This document shows, in pieces, positions 48,901 to 63,900 of a stretch of DNA of 64,000 nt. A program made the translations under genes and the position numbers. The stretch is from Laetmonice hystrix (lineage: Eukaryota). Numbering within the stretch: position 1 is the first letter of the stretch; the number at the start of each line of letters is the position of its first letter. Below the pieces are notes generated by a model that had not been told where the DNA came from, ran no database searches, and worked only from the letters and a program-made list of their open reading frames with translations. The DNA is taken from positions 1 through 64,000 of the forward strand of contig OZ249436.1 in the NCBI GenBank assembly GCA_965235115.1. Reading direction: 5' to 3'.

Positions 48901-51900
48901 AGCAGTGCAGTCGGGGACCCCCCCCGCTTCAGTGGAGTTGTGCTGCACCCTGGTGTTTCTTCCTGCAACATCTCGGTGTCCTTCCTTTGTTTGTTTGTTA
49001 CTTGGGATGGGATATCTGATATAGAAAAGGCGTACAACGTCTTTTTCCATTGTTAACTAAGGCTTTACGGCAAACAGTCATTGGGACGACCTGACAACGT
49101 TGTCGGACGCTTACAGATGGTCTGTAGGGGACATAGATTAGATGGAAGTAGATGATAGACGAAACGGATGGCCTTCCTCCTGGACAGGCGTCCCTATACT
49201 ACTGGCTACTCTTGTATACAAGCAAACGGTAGAGGAAGGCCAAACAGTACAGGGAGGAAGGGCTACAAGGTATACTGTCTGGCCTAGCACCCAAGCGAAC
49301 ACTACAGTGAGGCCAAAGAATAGGCCTACAGTGAGGCCAAACAGTACAATGTGGGGCCAAGCAGTGGGGAAGGCCAACCAGTAGAGTGAGAAATCCTTAA
49401 ATCTTACCGGCTGGCCTAGTACCCATGCAAACACTACAGTGAGGTAGCGGGAATGAAAGGTACAGGCGAGGAGCATCTAATGTTAAAATCTGGAGAAGAT
49501 GCTCAAATGGGAAGTGTACACATCACAACCATATATCTGTAGCGAACGTACGAGACCTATACGTTTGACAGTCGTACATCTGGCCTAAGAGTCATAATTT
49601 TGGGAGGCTTAGTTTCAATTTGACGTATCAAAAATTAAGCCATTTTTCGCTTATCATTTCTTTAAGCTGTCTCTCGCCTCAGAGCCACAGGTGCCTGCCA
49701 GTACGTGGTGATTCCACCGCTAGCCGGAAGGTAGCAGTGCAGTCGGAGACCCCCCCCCCCCCCACTTCAGTGGAGTTGTGCTGCACACTGGTGTTTCTTG
49801 CCTGCAATATCTCGGTAGCCTTCCTTTGTTTGTTTGTTACTTGGGGATGGGATATCTGATATAGAAAAGGTGTACAACGTCATTTTCCATTGTTAACTAA
49901 AGCTTTACGGCAAACCGTCATTGGGACGACCTGACAACGTTGTCGGACCCTTACAGATGGTCTGTAGGGGACATAGATAAGATGGGAGTAGATGATAGAC
50001 GAAACGGATGGCCTTCCTCCTGGACAATAAAGGCATGGAAACATGAAACATGAGGCGTCCCTAGACTACTGGCTACTCTTGTATACAAGCAAACGGTAGA
50101 GGAAGGCCAAACAGTACAGGGAGGAATGGCTACAAGGTATACTGTCTGGCCTAGCACCAAAGCGAACACTACAGTGAGGCCAAAGAGTAGGCCTACAGTG
50201 AGGCCAAACAGTACACTCTGTGGCCAAGCAGTGGGGAAGGCCAACCAGTAGAGTGAGAAATCCTTAAATCTTACCGGCTGGCCTAGTACCCATGCAAACA
50301 CTACAGTGAGGTAGCGGGAATGAAAGGTACAGGCGAGGAGCATCTAATGTTAAAATCTGGAGAAGATGCTCAAATGGGAAGTGTACACATCACAACCATA
50401 TATCTGTAGCGAACGTACGAGACCTATACGTTTGACAGTCGTACATCTGGCCTAAGAATCATAATTTTGGGAGGCTTAGTTTCAATTGGACGTATCAAAA
50501 ATTAAGCCATTTTTCGCTTATCATTTCTTTAAGCTGTCTCTCGCCTCAGAGCCACAGGTGCCTGCCAGTACGTGGTGATTCCACCGCTAGCCGGAAGGTA
50601 GCAGTGCAGTCGGAGACCCCCCCCCCCACTTCAGTGGAGTTGTGCTGCACACTGGTGTTTCTTGCCTGCAATATCTCGGTAGCCTTCCTTTGTTTGTTTG
50701 TTACTTGGGGATGGGATATCTGATATAGAAAAGGTGTACAACGTCATTTTCCATTGTTAACTAAAGCTTTACGGCAAACCGTCATTGGGACGACCTGACA
50801 ACGTTGTCGGACCCTTACAGATGGTCTGTAGGGGACATAGATAAGATGGGAGTAGATGATAGACGAAACGGATGGCCTTCCTCCTGGACAATAAAGGCAT
50901 GGAAACATGAAACATGAGGCGTCCCTAGACTACTGGCTACTCTTGTATACAAGCAAACGGTAGAGGAAGGCCAAACAGTACAGGGAGGAATGGCTACAAG
51001 GTATACTGTCTGGCCTAGCACCCAAGCGAACACTTCAGTGAGGCCAAAGAGTAGGCCTACAGTGAGGCCAAACAGTACACTGTGGGGCCAAGCAGTGGGC
51101 AAGGCCAACCAGTAGAGTGAGAAATCCTTAAATCTTACCGGCTGGCCTAGTACCCATGCAAACACTACAGTAAGGTAGTGGAAATGAAAGGTACAGGCGA
51201 GGAGCATCTAATGTTAAAATCTGGAAAAGATGCTCAAATGGGAAGTGTACACATCACAACCATATATCTGTAGCGAACGTACGAGACCTATACCTTTGAC
51301 AGTCGTACATCTGGCCTAAGAATTATAGTTTTGGGAGGCTTAGTTTCAATTTGACGTATCAAAAATGTAGCCATTTTTCGCTTATCATTGCTTTAAGCTG
51401 TCTCTCGCCTCAGAGCCACAGGTGCCTGCCAGTACGTGGTGATTCCACCGCTAGCCGGAAGGTAGCAGTGCAGTCGGAGACCCCCCCCCCCCCCACTTCA
51501 GTGGAGTTGTGCTGCACCCTGGTGTTTCTTGCCTGCAATATCTCGGTAGCCTTCCTTTGTTTGTTTGTTACTTGGGGATGGGATATCTGATATAGAAAAG
51601 GTGTACAACGTCATTTTCCATTGTTAACTAAAGCTTTACGGCAAACCGTCATTGGGACGACCTGACAACGTTGTCGGATGCTTACAGATGGTCTGTAGGG
51701 GACATAGATCAGGTGGGAGTAGATGATAGACGAAACGGATGGCCTTCCTCCTGGACAATAAAGGAATGGAAACATGAAACATGTGGCGTCCCTAGACTAC
51801 TGGCTACTCTTGTATACAAGCAAACGGCAGAGGAAGGCCAAACAGTACAGGGAGGAAGGGCTACAAGGTATACCGTCTGGCCTAGCACCCAAGCGAACAC

Positions 51901-54900
51901 TACAGTGAGGCCAAAGAATAGGCCTACAGTGAGGCCAAACAGTACACTGTGGGGCCAAGCAGTGGGGAAGGCCAACCAGTAGAGTGAGAAATCCTTAAAT
52001 CTTACCGGCTGGCCTAGTACCCATGCAAACACTACAGTTAGGTAGCGGGAATGAAAGGTACAGGCGAGGAGCATCTAATGTTAAAATCTGGAGAAGATGC
52101 TCAAATGGGACGTGTACACATCACAACCATATATCTGTAGCGAACGTACGAGACCTATACGTTTGACAATCGTACATCTGGCCTAAGAATCATAATTTTG
52201 GGAGGCTTAGTTTGAATTGGACGTATCAAAAATGAAGCCATTTTTCGCTTATCATTTCTTTAAGCTGTCTCTCGCCTCAGAGCCACAGGTACCTGCCAGT
52301 ACGTGGTGATTCCACCGCTAGCCGGAAGGTAGCAGTGCAGTCGGGGACCCCCCCCCCCCGCTTCAGTGGAGTTGTGCTGCACCCTGGTGTTTCTTCCTGC
52401 AACATCTCGGTGTCCTTCCTTTGTTTGTTTGTTACTTGGGATGGGATATCTGATATAGAAAAGGCGTACAACGTCTTTTTCCATTGTTAACTAAGGGTTT
52501 ACGGCAAACAGTCATTGGGACGACCTGACAACGTTGTCGGACGCTTACAGATGGTCTGTAGGGGACATAGATTAGATGGAAGTAGATGATAGACGAAACG
52601 GATGGCCTTCCTCCTGGACAGGCGTCCCTATACTACTGGCTACTCTTGTATACAAGCAAACGGTAGAGGAAGGCCAAACAGTACAGGGAGGAAGGGCTAC
52701 AAGGTATACTGTCTGGCCTAGCACCCAAGCGAACACTACAGTGAGGCCAAAGAATAGGCCTACAGTGAGGCCAAACAGTACAATGTGGGGCCAAGCAGTG
52801 GGGAAGGCCAACCAGTAGAGTGAGAAATCCTTAAATCTTACCGGCTGGCCTAGTACCCATGCAAACACTACAGTGAGGTAGCGGGAATGAAAGGTACAGG
52901 CGAGGAGCATCTAATGTTAAAATCTGGAGAAGATGCTCAAATGGGACGTGCACACATCACAACCATATATCTGTAGCGAACGGTCGAGACCTATACGTTT
53001 GACAATCGTACATCTGGCCTAAGAATCATAATTTTGGGAGGCTTAGTTTCAATTTGACGTTTCAAAAATGTAGCCATTTTTCGCTTATCATTGTTTTAAC
53101 CTGTCTCTCGCCTCAGAGCCACAGGTGCCTGCCAGTACGTGGTGATTCCACCGCTAGCCGGAAGGTAGCAGTGCAGTCGGAGACCCCCCCCCCCCCACTT
53201 CAGTGGAGTTGTGCTGCACCCTGGTGTTTCTTGCTGCAATATCTCGGTAGCCTTCCTTTGTTTGTTTGTTACTTGGGGATGGGATATCTGATATAGAAAA
53301 GGTGTACAACGTCATTTACCATTGTTAACTAAAGCTTTACGGCAAACCGTCATTGGGACGACCTGACAACGTTGTCGGACCCTTAAAGATGGTCTGTAGG
53401 GGACATAGATTAGATGGGAGTAGATGATAAACGAAACGGATGGCCTTCCTCCTGGACAATAAAGGCATGGAAACATGAAACATGAGGCGTCCCTAGACTA
53501 CTGGCTACTCTTGTATACAAGCAAACGGTAGAGGAAGGCCAAACAGTACAGGGAGGAATGGCTACAAGGTATACTGTCTGGCCTAGCACCCAAGCGAACA
53601 CTACAGTGAGGCCAAAGAGTAGGCCTACAGTGAGGCCAAACAGTACACTGTGTGGCCAAGCAGTGGGGAAGGCCAACCAGTAGAGTGAGAAATCCTTAAA
53701 TCTTACCGGCTGGCCTAGTACCCATGCAAACACTACAGTGAGGTAGCGGGAATGAAAGGTACAGGCGAGGAGCATCTAATGTTAAAATCTGGAGAAGATG
53801 CTCAAATGGGAAGTGTACACATCACAACCATATATCTGTAGCGAACGTACGAGACCTATACGTTTGACAGTCGTACATCTGGCCTAAGAGTCATAATTTT
53901 GGGAGGCTTAGTTTCAATTTGACGTATCAAAAATTAAGCCATTTTTCGCTTATCATTTCTTTAAGCTGTCTCTCGCCTCAGAGCCACAGGTGCCTGCCAG
54001 TACGTGGTGATTCCACCGCTAGCCGGAAGGTAGCAGTGCAGTCGGAGACCCCCCCCCCCACTTCAGTGGAGTTGTGCTGCACACTGGTGTTTCTTGCCTG
54101 CAATATCTCGGTAGCCTTCCTTTGTTTGTTTGTTACTTGGGGATGGGATATCTGATATAGAAAAGGTGTACAACGTCATTTTCCATTGTTAACTAAAGCT
54201 TTACGGCAAACCGTCATTGGGACGACCTGACAACGTTGTCGGACCCTTACAGATGGTCTGTAGGGGACATAGATAAGATGGGAGTAGATGATAGACGAAA
54301 CGGATGGCCTTCCTCCTGGACAATAAAGGCATGGAAACATGAAACATGAGGCGTCCCTAGACTACTGGCTACTCTTGTATACAAGCAAACGGTAGAGGAA
54401 GGCCAAACAGTACAGGGAGGAATGGCTACAAGGTATACTGTCTGGCCTAGCACCAAAGCGAACACTACAGTGAGGCCAAAGAGTAGGCCTACAGTGAGGC
54501 CAAACAGTACACTCTGTGGCCAAGCAGTGGGGAAGGCCAACCAGTAGAGTGAGAAATCCTTAAATCTTACCGGCTGGCCTAGTACCCATGCAAACACTAC
54601 AGTGAGGTAGCGGGAATGAAAGGTACAGGCGAGGAGCATCTAATGTTAAAATCTGGAGAAGATGCTCAAATGGGAAGTGTACACATCACAACCATATATC
54701 TGTAGCGAACGTACGAGACCTATACGTTTGACAGTCGTACATCTGGCCTAAGAATCATAATTTTGGGAGGCTTAGTTTCAATTGGACGTATCAAAAATGA
54801 AGCCATTTTTCGCTTATCATTTCTTTAAGCTGTCTCTCGCCTCAGAGCCACAGGTACCTGCCAGTACGTGGTGATTCCACCGCTAGCCGGAAGGTAGCAG

Positions 54901-57900
54901 TGCAGTCGGGGACCCCCCCCCCCCCGCTTCAGTGGAGTTGTGCTGCACCCTGGTGTTTCTTCCTGCAACATCTCGGTGTCCTTCCTTTGTTTGTTTGTTA
55001 CTTGGGATGGGATATCTGATATAGAAAAGGCGTACAACGTCTTTTTCCATTGTTAACTAAGGCTTTACGGCAAACAGTCATTGGGACGACCTGACAACGT
55101 TGTCGGACGCTTACAGATGGTCTGTAGGGGACATAGATTAGATGGAAGTAGATGATAGACGAAACGGATGGCCTTCCTCCTGGACAGGCGTCCCTATACT
55201 ACTGGCTACTCTTGTATACAAGCAAACGGTAGAGGAAGGCCAAACAGTACAGGGAGGAAGGGCTACAAGGTATACTGTCTGGCCTAGCACCCAAGCGAAC
55301 ACTACAGTGAGGCCAAAGAGTAGGCCTACAGTGAGGCCAAACAGTACACTGTGTGGCCAAGCAGTGGGGAAGGCCAACCAGTAGAGTGAGAAATCCTTAA
55401 ATCTTACCGGCTGGCCTAGTACCCATGCAAACACTACAGTGAGGTAGCGGGAATAAAAGGTACAGGCGAGGAGCATCTAATGTTAAAATCTGGAGAAGAT
55501 GCTCAAATGGGAAGTGTACACATCACAACCATATATCTGTAGCGAACGTACGAGACCTATACGTTTGACAGTCGTACATCTGGCCTAAGAGTCATAATTT
55601 TGGGAGGCTTAGTTTCAATTTGACGTATCAAAAATTAAGCCATTTTTCGCTTATCATTTCTTTAAGCTGTCTCTCGCCTCAGAGCCACAGGTGCCTGCCA
55701 GTACGTGGTGATTCCACCGCTAGCCGGAAGGTAGCAGTGCAGTCGGAGACCCCCCCCCCCCCCACTTCAGTGGAGTTGTGCTGCACCCTGGTGTTTCTTG
55801 CCTGCAATATCTCGGTAGCCTTCCTTTGTTTGTTTGTTACTTGGGGATGGGATATCTGATATAGAAAAGGTGTACAACGTCATTTTCCATTGTTAACTAA
55901 AGCTTTACGGCAAACCGTCATTGGGACGACCTGACAACGTTGTCGGACCCTTACAGATGGTCTGTAGGGGACATAGATAAGATGGGAGTAGATGATAGAC
56001 GAAACGGATGGCCTTCCTCCTGGACAATAAAGGCATGGAAACATGAAACATGAGGCGTCCCTAGACTACTGGCTACTCTTGTATACAAGCAAACGGTAGA
56101 GGAAGGCCAAACAGTACAGGGAGGAATGGCTACAAGGTATACTGTCTGGCCTAGCACCAAAGCGAACACTACAGTGAGGCCAAAGAGTAGGCCTACAGTG
56201 AGGCCAAACAGTACACTGTGTGGCCAAGCAGTGGGGAAGGCCAACCAGTAGAGTGAGAAATCCTTAAATCTTACCGGCTGGCCTAGTACCCATGCAAACA
56301 CTACAGTGAGGTAGCGGGAATGAAAGGTACAGGCGAGGAGCATCTAATGTTAAAATCTGGAGAAGATGCTCAAATGGGAAGTGTACACATCACAACCATA
56401 TATCTGTAGCGAACGTACGAGACCTATACGTTTGACAGTCGTACATCTGGCCTAAGAGTCATAATTTTGGGAGGCTTAGTTTCAATTTGACGTATCAAAA
56501 ATTAAGCCATTTTTCGCTTATCATTGTTTTAACCTGTCTCTCGCCTCAGAGCCACAGGTGCCTGCCAGTACGTGGTGATTCCACCGCTAGCCGGAAGGTA
56601 GCAGTGCAGTCGGAGACCCCCCCCCCCACTTCAGTGGAGTTGTGCTGCACCCTGGTGTTTCTTGCTGCAATATCTCGGTAGCCTTCCTTTGTTTGTTTGT
56701 TACTTGGGGATGGGATATCTGATATAGAAAAGGTGTACAACGTCATTTACCATTGTTAACTAAAGCTTTACGGCAAACCGGCATTGGGACGACCTGACAA
56801 CGTTGTCGGACCCTTAAAGATGGTCTGTAGGGGACATAGATTAGATGGGAGTAGATGATAAACGAAACGGATGGCCTTCCTCCTGGACAATAAAGGCATG
56901 GAAACATGAAACATGAGGCGTCCCTAGACTACTGGCTACTCTTGTATACAAGCAAACGGTAGAGGAAGGCCAAACAGTACAGGGAGGAATGGCTACAAGG
57001 TATACTGTCTGGCCTAGCACCAAAGCGAACACTACAGTGAGGCCAAAGAGTAGGCCTACAGTGAGGCCAAACAGTACACTGTGTGGCCAAGCAGTGGGGA
57101 AGGCCAACCAGTAGAGTGAGAAATCCTTAAATCTTACCGGCTGGCCTAGTACCCATGCAAACACTACAGTGAGGTAGCGGGAATGAAAGGTACAGGCGAG
57201 GAGCATCTAATGTTAAAATCTGGAGAAGATGCTCAAATGGGAAGTGTACACATCACAACCATATATCTGTAGCGAACGTACGAGACCTATACGTTTGACA
57301 GTCGTACATCTGGCCTAAGAGTCATAATTTTGGGAGGCTTAGTTTCAATTTGACGTATCAAAAATTAAGCCATTTTTCGCTTATCATTTCTTTAAGCTGT
57401 CTCTCGCCTCAGAGCCACAGGTGCCTGCCAGTACGTGGTGATTCCACCGCTAGCCGGAAGGTAGCAGTGCAGTCGGAGACCCCCCCCCCCCCCACTTCAG
57501 TGGAGTTGTGCTGCACCCTGGTGTTTCTTGCCTGCAATATCTCGGTAGCCTTCCTTTGTTTGTTTGTTACTTGGGGATGGGATATCTGATATAGAAAAGG
57601 TGTACAACGTCATTTTCCATTGTTAACTAAAGCTTTACGGCAGACCGTCATTGGGACGACCTGACAACGTTGTCGGACCCTTACAGATGGTCTGTAGGGG
57701 ACATAGATAAGATGGGAGTAGATGATAGACGAAACGGATGGCCTTCCTCCTGGACAATAAAGGCATGGAAACATGAAACATGAGGCGTCCCTAGACTACT
57801 GGCTACTCTTGTATACAAGCAAACGGTAGAGGAAGGCCAAACAGTACAGGGAGGAATGGCTACAAGGTATACTGTCTGGCCTAGCACCCAAGCGAACACT

Positions 57901-60900
57901 ACAGTGAGGCCAAAGAGTAGGCCTACAGTGAGGCCAAACAGTACACTGTGTGGCCAAGCAGTGGGGAAGGCCAACCAGTAGAGTGAGAAATCCTTAAATC
58001 TTACCGGCTGGCCTAGTACCCATGCAAACACTACAGTGAGGTAGCGGGAATGAAAGGTACAGGCGAGTAGCATCTAATGTTAAAATCTGGAGAAGATGCT
58101 CAAATGGGAAGTGTACACATCACAACCATATATCTGTAGCGAACGTACGAGACCTATACGTTTGACAGTCGTACATCTGGCCTAAGAATCATAATTTTGG
58201 GAGGCTTAGTTTCAATTTGACGTATCAAAAATGAAGCCATTTTTCGCTTATCATTTCTTTAAGCTGTCTCTCGCCTCAGAGCCACAGGTACCTGCCAGTA
58301 CGTGGTGATTCCACCGCTAGCCGGAAGGTAGCAGTGCAGTCGGGGACCCCCCCCCCCGCTTCAGTGGAGTTGTGCTGCACCCTGGTGTTTCTTCCTGCAA
58401 CATCTCGGTGTCCTTCCTTTGTTTGTTTGTTACTTGGGATGGGATATCTGATATAGAAAAGGCGTACAACGTCTTTTTCCATTGTTAACTAAGGCTTTAC
58501 GGCAAACAGTCATTGGGACGACCTGACAACGTTGTCGGACGCTTACAGATGGTCTGTAGGGGACATAGATTAGATGGGAGTAGATGATAAACGAAACGGA
58601 TGGCCTTCCTCCTGGACAATAAAGGCATGGAAACATGAAACATGAGGCGTCCCTAGACTACTGGCTACTCTTGTATACAAGCAAACGGTAGAGGAAGGCC
58701 AAACAGTACAGGGAGGAATGGCTACAAGGTATACTGTCTGGCCTAGCACCCAAGCGAACACTACAGTGAGGCCAAAGAGTAGGCCTACAGTGAGGCCAAA
58801 CAGTACACTGTGTGGCCAAGCAGTGGGGAAGGCCAACCAGTAGAGTGAGAAATCCTTAAATCTTACCGGCTGGCCTAGTACCCATGCAAACACTACAGTG
58901 AGGTAGCGGGAATAAAAGGTACAGGCGAGGAGCATCTAATGTTAAAATCTGGAGAAGATGCTCAAATGGGAAGTGTACACATCACAACCATATATCTGTA
59001 GCGAACGTACGAGACCTATACGTTTGACAGTCGTACATCTGGCCTAAGAGTCATAATTTTGGGAGGCTTAGTTTCAATTTGACGTATCAAAAATTAAGCC
59101 ATTTTTCGCTTATCATTTCTTTAAGCTGTCTCTCGCCTCAGAGCCACAGGTGCCTGCCAGTACGTGGTGATTCCACCGCTAGCCGGAAGGTAGCAGTGCA
59201 GTCGGAAACCCCCCCCCCGCACTTCAGTGGAGTTGTGCTGCACCCTGGTGTTTCTTGCCTGCAATATCTCGGTAGCCTTCCTTTGTTTGTTTGTTACTTG
59301 GGGATGGGATATCTGATATAGAAAAGGTGTACAACGTCATTTTCCATTGTTAACTAAAGCTTTACGGCAAACCGTCATTGGGACGACCTGACAACGTTGT
59401 CGGACCCTTACAGATGGTCTGTAGGGGACATAGATAAGATGGGAGTAGATGATAGACGAAACGGATGGCCTTCCTCCTGGACAATAAAGGCATGGAAACA
59501 TGAAACATGAGGCGTCCCTAGACTACTGGCTACTCTTGTATACAAGCAAACGGTAGAGGAAGGCCAAACAGTACAGGGAGGAATGGCTACAAGGTATACT
59601 GTCTGGCCTAGCACCAAAGCGAACACTACAGTGAGGCCAAAGAGTAGGCCTACAGTGAGGCCAAACAGTACACTGTGTGGCCAAGCAGTGGGGAAGGCCA
59701 ACCAGTAGAGTGAGAAATCCTTAAATCTTACCGGCTGGCCTAGTACCCATGCAAACACTACAGTGAGGTAGCGGGAATGAAAGGTACAGGCGAGGAGCAT
59801 CTAATGTTAAAATCTGGAGAAGATGCTCAAATGGGAAGTGTACACATCACAACCATATATCTGTACCGAACGTACGAGACCTATACGTTTGACAGTCGTA
59901 CATCTGGCCTAAGAATCATAATTTTGGGAGGCTTAGTTTCAATTGGACGTATCAAAAATGAAGCCATTTTTCGCTTATCATTTCTTTAAGCTGTCTCTCG
60001 CCTCAGAGCCACAGGTACCTGCCAGTACGTGGTGATTCCACCGCTAGCCGGAAGGTAGCAGTGCAGTCGGGGACCCCCCCGCCCCGCTTCAGTGGAGTTG
60101 TGCTGCACCCTGGTGTTTCTTCCTGCAACATCTCGGTGTCCTTCCTTTGTTTGTTTGTTACTTGGGATGGGATATCTGATATAGAAAAGGCGTACAACGT
60201 CTTTTTCCATTGTTAACTAAGGCTTTACGGCAAACAGTCATTGGGACGACCTGACAACGTTGTCGGACGCTTACAGATGGTCTGTAGGGGACATAGATTA
60301 GATGGAAGTAGATGATAGACGAAACGGATGGCCTTCCTCCTGGACAGGCGTCCCTATACTACTGGCTACTCTTGTATACAAGCAAACGGTAGAGGAAGGC
60401 CAAACAGTACAGGGAGGAATGGCTACAAGGTATACTGTCTGGCCTAGCACCCAAGCGAACACTTCAGTGAGGCCAAAGAGTAGGCCTACAGTGAGGCCAA
60501 ACAGTACACTGTGGGGCCAAGCAGTGGGCAAGGCCAACCAGTAGAGTGAGAAATCCTTAAATCTTACCGGCTGGCCTAGTACCCATGCAAACACTACAGT
60601 AAGGTAGTGGAAATGAAAGGTACAGGCGAGGAGCATCTAATGTTAAAATCTGGAAAAGATGCTCAAATGGGAAGTGTACACATCACAACCATATATCTGT
60701 AGCGAACGTACGAGACCTATACGTTTGACAGTCGTACATCTGGCCTAAGAATTATAGTTTTGGGAGGCTTAGTTTCAATTTGACGTATCAAAAATGTAGC
60801 CATTTTTCGCTTATCATTGCTTTAAGCTGTCTCTCGCCTCAGAGCCACAGGTGCCTGCCAGTACGTGGTGATCCCACCGCTAGCCGGAAGGTAGCAGTGC

Positions 60901-63900
60901 AGTCGGAGACCCCACCCCCCACTTCAGTGGAGTTGTGCTGCACCCTGGTGTTTCTTGCCTGCAATATCTCGGTAGCCTTCCTTTGTTTGTTTGTTACTTG
61001 GGGATGGGATATCTGATATAGAAAAGGTGTACAACGTCATTTTCCATTGTTAACTAAAGCTTTACGGCAAACCGTCATTGGGACGACCTGACAACGTTGT
61101 CGGATGCTTACAGATGGTCTGTAGGGGACATAGATAAGATGGGAGTAGATGATAGACGAAACGGATGGCCTTCCTCCTGGACAATAAAGGCATGGAAACA
61201 TGAAACATGAGGCGTCCCTAGACTACTGGCTACTCTTGTATACAAGCAAACGGTAGAGGAAGGCCAAACAGTACAGGGAGGAATGGCTACAAGGTATACT
61301 GTCTGGCCTAGCACCAAAGCGAACACTACAGTGAGGCCAAAGAGTAGGCCTACAGTGAGGCCAAACAGTACACTGTGTGGCCAAGCAGTGGGGAAGGCCA
61401 ACCAGTAGAGTGAGAAATCCTTAAATCTTACCGGCTGGCCTAGTACCCATGCAAACACTACAGTGAGGTAGCGGGAATGAAAGGTACAGGCGAGGAGCAT
61501 CTAATGTTAAAATCTGGAGAAGATGCTCAAATGGGAAGTGTACACATCACAACCATATATCTGTAGCGAACGTACGAGACCTATACGTTTGACAGTCGTA
61601 CATCTGGCCTAAGAATCATAATTTTGGGAGGCTTAGTTTCAATTGGACGTATCAAAAATGAAGCCATTTTTCGCTTATCATTTCTTTAAGCTGTCTCTCG
61701 CCTCAGAGCCACAGGTACCTGCCAGTACGTGGTGATTCCACCGCTAGCCGGAAGGTAGCAGTGCAGTCGGGGACCCCCCCCCCCGCTTCAGTGGAGTTGT
61801 GCTGCACCCTGGTGTTTCTTCCTGCAACATCTCGGTGTCCTTCCTTTGTTTGTTTGTTACTTGGGATGGGATATCTGATATAGAAAAGGCGTACAACGTC
61901 TTTTTCCATTGTTAACTAAGGCTTTACGGCAAACAGTCATTGGGACGACCTGACAACGTTGTCGGACGCTTACAGATGGTCTGTAGGGGACATAGATTAG
62001 ATGGAAGTAGATGATAGAAGAAACGGATGGCCTTCCTCCTGGACAGGCGTCCCTATACTACTGGCTACTCGTGTATACAAGCAAACGGTAGAGGAAGGCC
62101 AAACAGTACAGGGAGGAATGGCTACAAGGTATACTGTCTGGCCTAGCACCCAAGCGAACACTTCAGTGAGGCCAAAGAGTAGGCCTACAGTGAGGCCAAA
62201 CAGTACACTGTGGGGCCAAGCAGTGGGCAAGGCCAACCAGTAGAGTGAGAAATCCTTAAATCTTACCGGCTGGCCTAGTACCCATGCAAACACTACAGTA
62301 AGGTAGTGGAAATGAAAGGTACAGGCGAGGAGCATCTAATGTTAAAATCTGGAAAAGATGCTCAAATGGGAAGTGTACACATCACAACCATATATCTGTA
62401 GCGAACGTACGAGACCTATACGTTTGACAGTCGTACATCTGGCCTAAGAATTATAGTTTTGGGAGGCTTAGTTTCAATTTGACGTATCAAAAATGTAGCC
62501 ATTTTTCGCTTATCATTGCTTTAAGCTGTCTCTCGCCTCAGAGCCACAGGTGCCTGCCAGTACGTGGTGATTCCACCGCTAGCCGGAAGGTAGCAGTGCA
62601 GTCGGAGACCCCCCCCCACTTCAGTGGAGTTGTGCTGCACCCTGGTGTTTCTTGCCTGCAATATCTCGGTAGCCTTCCTTTGTTTGTTTGTTACTTGGGG
62701 ATGGGATATCTGATATAGAAAAGGTGTACAACGTCATTTTCCATTGTTAACTAAAGCTTTACGGCAAACCGTCACTGGGACGACCTGACAACGTTGTCGG
62801 ATGCTTACAGATGGTCTGTAGGGGACATAGATCAGGTGGGAGTAGATGATAGACGAAACGGATGGCCTTCCTCCTGGACAATAAAGGAATGGAAACATGA
62901 AACATGAGGCGTCCCTAGACTACTGGCTACTCTTGTATACAAGCAAACGGTAGAGGAAGGCCAAACAGTACAGGGAGGAAGGGTTACAAGGTATACTGTC
63001 TGGCCTAGCACCCAAGCGAACACTACAGTGAGGCCAAAGAATAGGCCTACAGTGAGGCCAAACAGTACACTGTGGGGCCAAGCAGTGGGGAAGGCCAACC
63101 AGTAGAGTGAGAAATCCTTAAATCTTACCGGCTGGCCTAGTACCCATGCAAACACTACAGTGAGGTAGCGGGAATGAAAGGTACAGGCGAGGAGCATCTA
63201 ATGTTAAAATCTGGAGAAGATGCTCAAATGGGACGTGTACACATCACAACCATATATCTGTAGCGAACGTACGAGACCTATACGTTTGACAATCGTACAT
63301 CTGGCCTAAGAATCATAATTTTGGGAGGCTTAGTTTCAATTTGACGTTTCAAAAATGTAGCCATTTTTCGCTTATCATTGTTTTAACCTGTCTCTCGCCT
63401 CAGAGCCACAGGTGCCTGCCAGTACGTGGTGATTCCACCGCTAGCCGGAAGGTAGCAGTGCAGTCGGAGACCCCCCCCCCCCCCACTTCAGTGGAGTTGT
63501 GCTGCACCCTGGTGTTTCTTGCTGCAATATCTCGGTAGCCTTCCTTTGTTTGTTTGTTACTTGGGGATGGGATATCTGATATAGCAAAGGTGTACAACGT
63601 CATTTACCATTGTTAACTAAAGCTTTACGGCAAACCGTCATTGGGACGACCTGACAACGTTGTCGGACCCTTAAAGATGGTCTGTAGGGGACATAGATTA
63701 GATGGGAGTAGATGATAAACGAAACGGATGGCCTTCCTCCTGGACAATAAAGGCATGGAAACATGAAACATGAGGCGTCCCTAGACTACTGGCTACTCTT
63801 GTATACAAGCAAACGGTAGAGGAAGGCCAAACAGTACAGGGAGGAATGGCTACAAGGTATACTGTCTGGCCTAGCACCAAAGCGAACACTACAGTGAGGC